Part shown: piece by piece, positions 60,778-64,000 of the stretch
Layout of the letters: the number at the start of each line of letters is the position of its first letter
How positions within the stretch are numbered: position 1 is the first letter of the stretch
From: Acidobacteriota bacterium
GTDB taxonomy: Bacteria > Acidobacteriota > Vicinamibacteria > Vicinamibacterales > CAVVIG01
NCBI GenBank assembly: GCA_040007095.1
Contig: JBDTVS010000004.1
Location: forward strand, 16,201-80,200
Direction of reading: 5' to 3'
DNA length: 64,000 bases
Position numbers and translations under genes: made by a program
The notes under the pieces: generated by a model
Told to the model about the DNA's origin: nothing
What the model saw: the letters and a program-made list of their open reading frames with translations, nothing else
Database searches by the model: none

Positions 60778-62571
60778 CTACTTGTTGTCCTTCCGGTCGA
60801 CCAGGCGCTCGACGGCCCGTCCGGTTCGCTCCTCGAGTGCCCCCACGACGCTATTGACATCGTCGCCGTCGATGCGCAGCACGATGAACGCGTCATTCGT
60901 CCGCAGCGACAGCCAGTGCCGATCGCCTTTGAAGAACCCCAGCCCGGTGTCCAGGCGGAAGACCTGTCTTGGTCCCGACGGCGTGGTCCACATCGGCTGC
61001 TTCGACTTCGAGTAGCTGAGCGAGAGCACGCTGCCAAACGGAATCGAGCTGACCACGGACTCGGAGGTTCGGTCCAGGCGGACGGTGACCGTGACGATGC
61101 CCTCGGAGAGGAGCACTTTCGCGTCGTGCTCTTTCTCTTTGTCGTTTTCCTTGACGAACGCCTTGGCCTCGAAGGCAAACGGCGGCAGGTTCGCCGCTGC
61201 CGCAGGTCGCCCGGGAGATGCACCGGCCGGCGCGCCGCTGACCGGCGCAACGTTGCGCGCGGCCAGCGCCGGCGGGGTTCCGGCTGGCGCCGCTGCCGCG
61301 GGCGGCGGCTGCGTGACGACGCCTGGCCGCTTGAGCTCGTATGCCCCGCCTGCAGGTTTGCCTGCCGGCACCGAGACCTGCCTCGACGCGGCAGCCTGGG
61401 TGCCCGGAGAGGTTGGCAGATCCACGACGCCGGCTGACGCCGGGGGTGGATCCACGGGCGCGGAGGTGCCTGGCCGCAGCGCCAGCGCCGCCAGCAACAC
61501 GACAGCGATCAACGCCAGCAGCGCGCCGCCGCTCGCCAATGGGTTCGCCTTCAGGAGGGCCAACACGCTGGCGGCCGAGAGCGCGCCGGACGGCATCACG
61601 GAGCGGTCCGGCGGCGCTGCGACGCTTGGCGGTGCGATGGACGGCGCCACAGCTGCGACGGTCGACGGTGCGATCGGCGGCGCCACAGCAGCGACCTGAC
61701 GCGTCGGAGCGGGCCGAGGCGTCGGCTGGCTGCCAAGCGGCATCGTCCGCTCCATCACCGCGGAGTTCAGCGGCTCGAGCAACGCCTGACGGAATTCCTC
61801 GGCGGTTTGAAAGCGCTCAGCAGGAAGCTTCGCCAGCGCGCGCGTGAGCACCGCCTCGCACCAGTCGGGAATGTCGGCGCGATGCGCGCGGGCGGGCGTG
61901 GGCTGGTCGGACACCTGCTTCTGCACCATGCCCATGACCGTGTCGGAGCGGAACGGAAGGGCACCCGTGAGCAGACGGTAGAACACCACACCGACTGAAT
62001 AGAGATCGGCGCGAGGGTCCACTTCCTGTCCCAGCACCTGCTCGGGCGCCATGTACGCCGGCGTGCCCATCATGAAGCCGTCCATGGTCGTGTGCGCGGC
62101 GCCAAGGACGCGGGCGATGCCGAAATCCATCACCTTGACATGACCCTGGTCGTTCACCATCACGTTCGCCGGCTTGAGGTCGCGATGGACAATGCCGGAC
62201 CGGTGCGCGTAGTCCAGCGCGCCGAGCACTTGTGCGGCCAGATAGGCGGCCCGCTCGGGCGGCAGCGGCCCGCTGCGATGGGACAACTTCTCGAGCGTCT
62301 CGCCCCTCACATACTCCATCACCATCAGCAGGTCGGATTCCCACCGGTACAGCTCGTAGATCGTCGCGATTTCCGGATGATTCAGCTTGGCGAGTGTCGT
62401 CGCTTCCGTACGAAAGCGCGTCACGACGTCTTGCTCGTCCAAATCGGCGCTGAAGACCTTGATCGCGACTTCGCGGTCGAGCGTCTCGTCCACCGCCTTG
62501 TACACGACACCCATACCGCCGCGCCCGAGGGTTTCGACGATTCGATATTTGCCGAGCGTTTTTCCTACCAT
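60778..62571 (-). CDS. Ser/Thr protein kinase with TM segment and extracytoplasmic C-terminal domain
   Basis: 597 aa. GRGGMGVVYKA, VAIKVF, HRDLKPANVMV, DFGIA and PAYMAPE are canonical. The TM helix GGALLALIAVVLLAALAL is followed by a ~130-aa unassigned C-terminal domain. Confidence 0.92.
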   Translation of the reverse strand: MVGKTLGKYRIVETLGRGGMGVVYKAVDETLDREVAIKVFSADLDEQDVVTRFRTEATTLAKLNHPEIATIYELYRWESDLLMVMEYVRGETLEKLSHRSGPLPPERAAYLAAQVLGALDYAHRSGIVHRDLKPANVMVNDQGHVKVMDFGIARVLGAAHTTMDGFMMGTPAYMAPEQVLGQEVDPRADLYSVGVVFYRLLTGALPFRSDTVMGMVQKQVSDQPTPARAHRADIPDWCEAVLTRALAKLPAERFQTAEEFRQALLEPLNSAVMERTMPLGSQPTPRPAPTRQVAAVAPPIAPSTVAAVAPSIAPPSVAAPPDRSVMPSGALSAASVLALLKANPLASGGALLALIAVVLLAALALRPGTSAPVDPPPASAGVVDLPTSPGTQAAASRQVSVPAGKPAGGAYELKRPGVVTQPPPAAAAPAGTPPALAARNVAPVSGAPAGASPGRPAAAANLPPFAFEAKAFVKENDKEKEHDAKVLLSEGIVTVTVRLDRTSESVVSSIPFGSVLSLSYSKSKQPMWTTPSGPRQVFRLDTGLGFFKGDRHWLSLRTNDAFIVLRIDGDDVNSVVGALEERTGRAVERLVDRKDNK

Positions 62572-62841
62572 GATGGCCGCGCGGATACCTGGCTGAGCGT
62601 GGGTTTCACAATGTAAGCTGCGACTGCGGAGCTGTCAACGTCAACCAGATGGGTGGCCGGGCCAGGGCGGGCATCACCGGGCTCGCCGGGTGTCCGAGCG
62701 AAACAGACGCTTTTCGCGCCGAAAGACGCAGTGCCGACTTCGCAAGAGCGCCGGCGGCCGTGATATTTTCCAGTGTCCCCGTCGATATCGGGCGCCTGGT
62801 CACAGTTCATTCAGGCAAAAGTACCCCACTGAGCGGGTGCT

Positions 62842-63939
62842 TTGAAGAACACCCTCAAGTACCGATCGGAGTCACAGGTGTCCGAATCAGCGAATCAGCC
62901 GCCGGCCGGGATCTCGAGAACCTCCATCTACGTCGCGGCCGCCCGCGCGGTGGGTGCGCGCGAACCGGATCCCTCCGCGCGGAATCCCGACTACCTGGCC
63001 GAGAAGCTCCTCGGCGATCGGTCGACTCTCGTCCTGGACCACCCGGCCGTCCGCGCGCTGAGCCTCGGCTACGACGACGCGATGAAAGACCTCGAAGTCG
63101 TCAACATCGTGCGGACGATGACCGTTCGCACGCGCTTCATCGATGAAGCACTGGGTCGGGCGATCGTTGGCGGCGCGACTCAAGTCGTGATTCTTGGCGC
63201 GGGGTTCGACTCCCACGCGTACCGATTGCAGGAGCTCCTGGCATCGGTCCGTGTCTTCGAGGTCGATCGCCCCGCGACGCAGGCGCTGAAGAAGCAGCGG
63301 GTGCACGACGTGCTGGGCGGGCCGCCGGCGAATCTCACCTACGTGTCGATCGACTTCCAGCGCGAGCAGCTCCCGGACGTCTTGACCCGGCATGGGTACG
63401 ATCCGGCGCAGCGGACGTTCTTCATCCTGGAAGGCGTGACGATGTATCTGCCGGAAGAAGCGGTGCGCGCCACGTTTCGGTTCGTGGCGGCGCATCCGTC
63501 AGGCAGCGGCATCGTGTTCGACTACGTCTATCGCGCAATGGTCGAGATGATCGCCCGGATCGACATGGCCACTGTGCCAGAGGTGGCGAGGCCGTTCCTG
63601 CAACGCTTTCTGGATCTGATCAAGGACGAGCCGTGGGTCTTCGGTCTTCCTGTGGGAGGCGAGCGCGAGTTTCTGGGCGAATTCGGTCTCGAGCTCCGCG
63701 AGGCCTTCATGATCGGCGGCGAAGAATCCCTCAAACGATATCTGACCAGGGCCGACGGGACGCAGGTCGGCGCCCAGGCGCTCGCAGAAGGAATGGCTCG
63801 GATGGCTCGGATGGCCGAACGTGCACAGGCTGAAGGCCAGCAGATGCCCCCGCAGCGGACGCCGGAGCAACAGCGGCTGATGGCCTATCAGCTGGCGGAG
63901 GCGGTGGTCGCTCCACCGGGACGATCTGCGCGGGCTTGA
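62842..63939 (+). CDS. SAM-dependent methyltransferase (leucine-carboxyl/O-methyltransferase-like family)
   Basis: 365 aa with a TTG at 62842 (start uncertain). Family blocks: TSIYVAAARAVG, TRFIDEAL, QVVILGAGFDSHAYRL, FEVDRPATQALK, FILEGVTMYL. Confidence 0.85.
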   Translation: MKNTLKYRSESQVSESANQPPAGISRTSIYVAAARAVGAREPDPSARNPDYLAEKLLGDRSTLVLDHPAVRALSLGYDDAMKDLEVVNIVRTMTVRTRFIDEALGRAIVGGATQVVILGAGFDSHAYRLQELLASVRVFEVDRPATQALKKQRVHDVLGGPPANLTYVSIDFQREQLPDVLTRHGYDPAQRTFFILEGVTMYLPEEAVRATFRFVAAHPSGSGIVFDYVYRAMVEMIARIDMATVPEVARPFLQRFLDLIKDEPWVFGLPVGGEREFLGEFGLELREAFMIGGEESLKRYLTRADGTQVGAQALAEGMARMARMAERAQAEGQQMPPQRTPEQQRLMAYQLAEAVVAPPGRSARA

Positions 63940-64000
63940 GGCTCGTCGAGTGAGGTCGTCGGGTCGTGGGTCTGTTTCATGTTAACCAGCACCCCGAGGC

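Noticed and set aside
63940-64000. Possible end of another minus-strand gene at the right edge (TGA at about 63976 on the reverse strand)
   Set aside because: Too little sequence to establish a frame or identity.
1-64000. Search for defence systems, prophage, IS elements, toxin-antitoxin pairs, tRNA/rRNA genes
   Set aside because: I recognised no nuclease, helicase, methylase-restriction, Cas, reverse transcriptase, integrase, transposase or capsid/terminase-like proteins, and no tRNA-like T-loop or acceptor sequences. The window looks like core or metabolic chromosome rather than an accessory island.

Overview
This is a 64-kb, high-GC chromosomal segment. I see no rRNA, tRNA, CRISPR array, transposase, integrase, phage gene or recognisable defence gene. 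The gene content suggests a soil Acidobacteriota-like genome, by inference only: a carboxypeptidase-regulatory-domain TonB-dependent receptor, a DUF1592/DUF1552 pair, three soluble PQQ quinoprotein paralogs, exported NHL and ankyrin proteins, and sigma-54 and Ser/Thr-kinase signalling genes. I support 47 protein genes, two of them small and tentative. Most long track ORFs on the opposite strand are antisense shadows typical of high-GC DNA. One real gene (1..1801, minus) is missing from the track because it runs off the window. The main blocks are as follows. (1) 2611..8221, minus: a tightly coupled five-gene string of unknown exported protein, DUF4159, fused amino-acid ABC binding/permease, ATPase and PLP decarboxylase. 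(2) 12906..17509, minus: aldo/keto reductase, dihaem cytochrome c, PQQ alcohol-dehydrogenase-type quinoprotein and dienelactone hydrolase. (3) 24447..33240: an RND efflux operon preceded by a small ORF and a sigma-54 promoter, divergent from a GAF-GAF sigma-54 activator. (4) 39148..50043: TonB-dependent receptor, DUF1592/DUF1552, ankyrin and a cytochrome c-prime-like protein. (5) 51197..56951, plus: DUF6152-like, internally duplicated protein, PQQ dehydrogenase, atypical kinase-like protein and beta-gamma-crystallin protein. (6) 56986..62571, minus: two cell-wall hydrolases, then a Ser/Thr kinase followed by an FHA-GAF-adenylate cyclase. The most unusual signals are non-coding. Four copies of a ~160-bp hairpin element have an invariant core and covarying stems. 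There is a second family of CAC-periodic hairpin repeats. TCAAC-N6-GTTGA palindromes flank the DUF1592/DUF1552 operon. There is a minisatellite with a G-quadruplex motif. The sigma-54 promoter has upstream palindromes. I found no convincing complete novel protein system; the structured repeat family is the best candidate for something undescribed.
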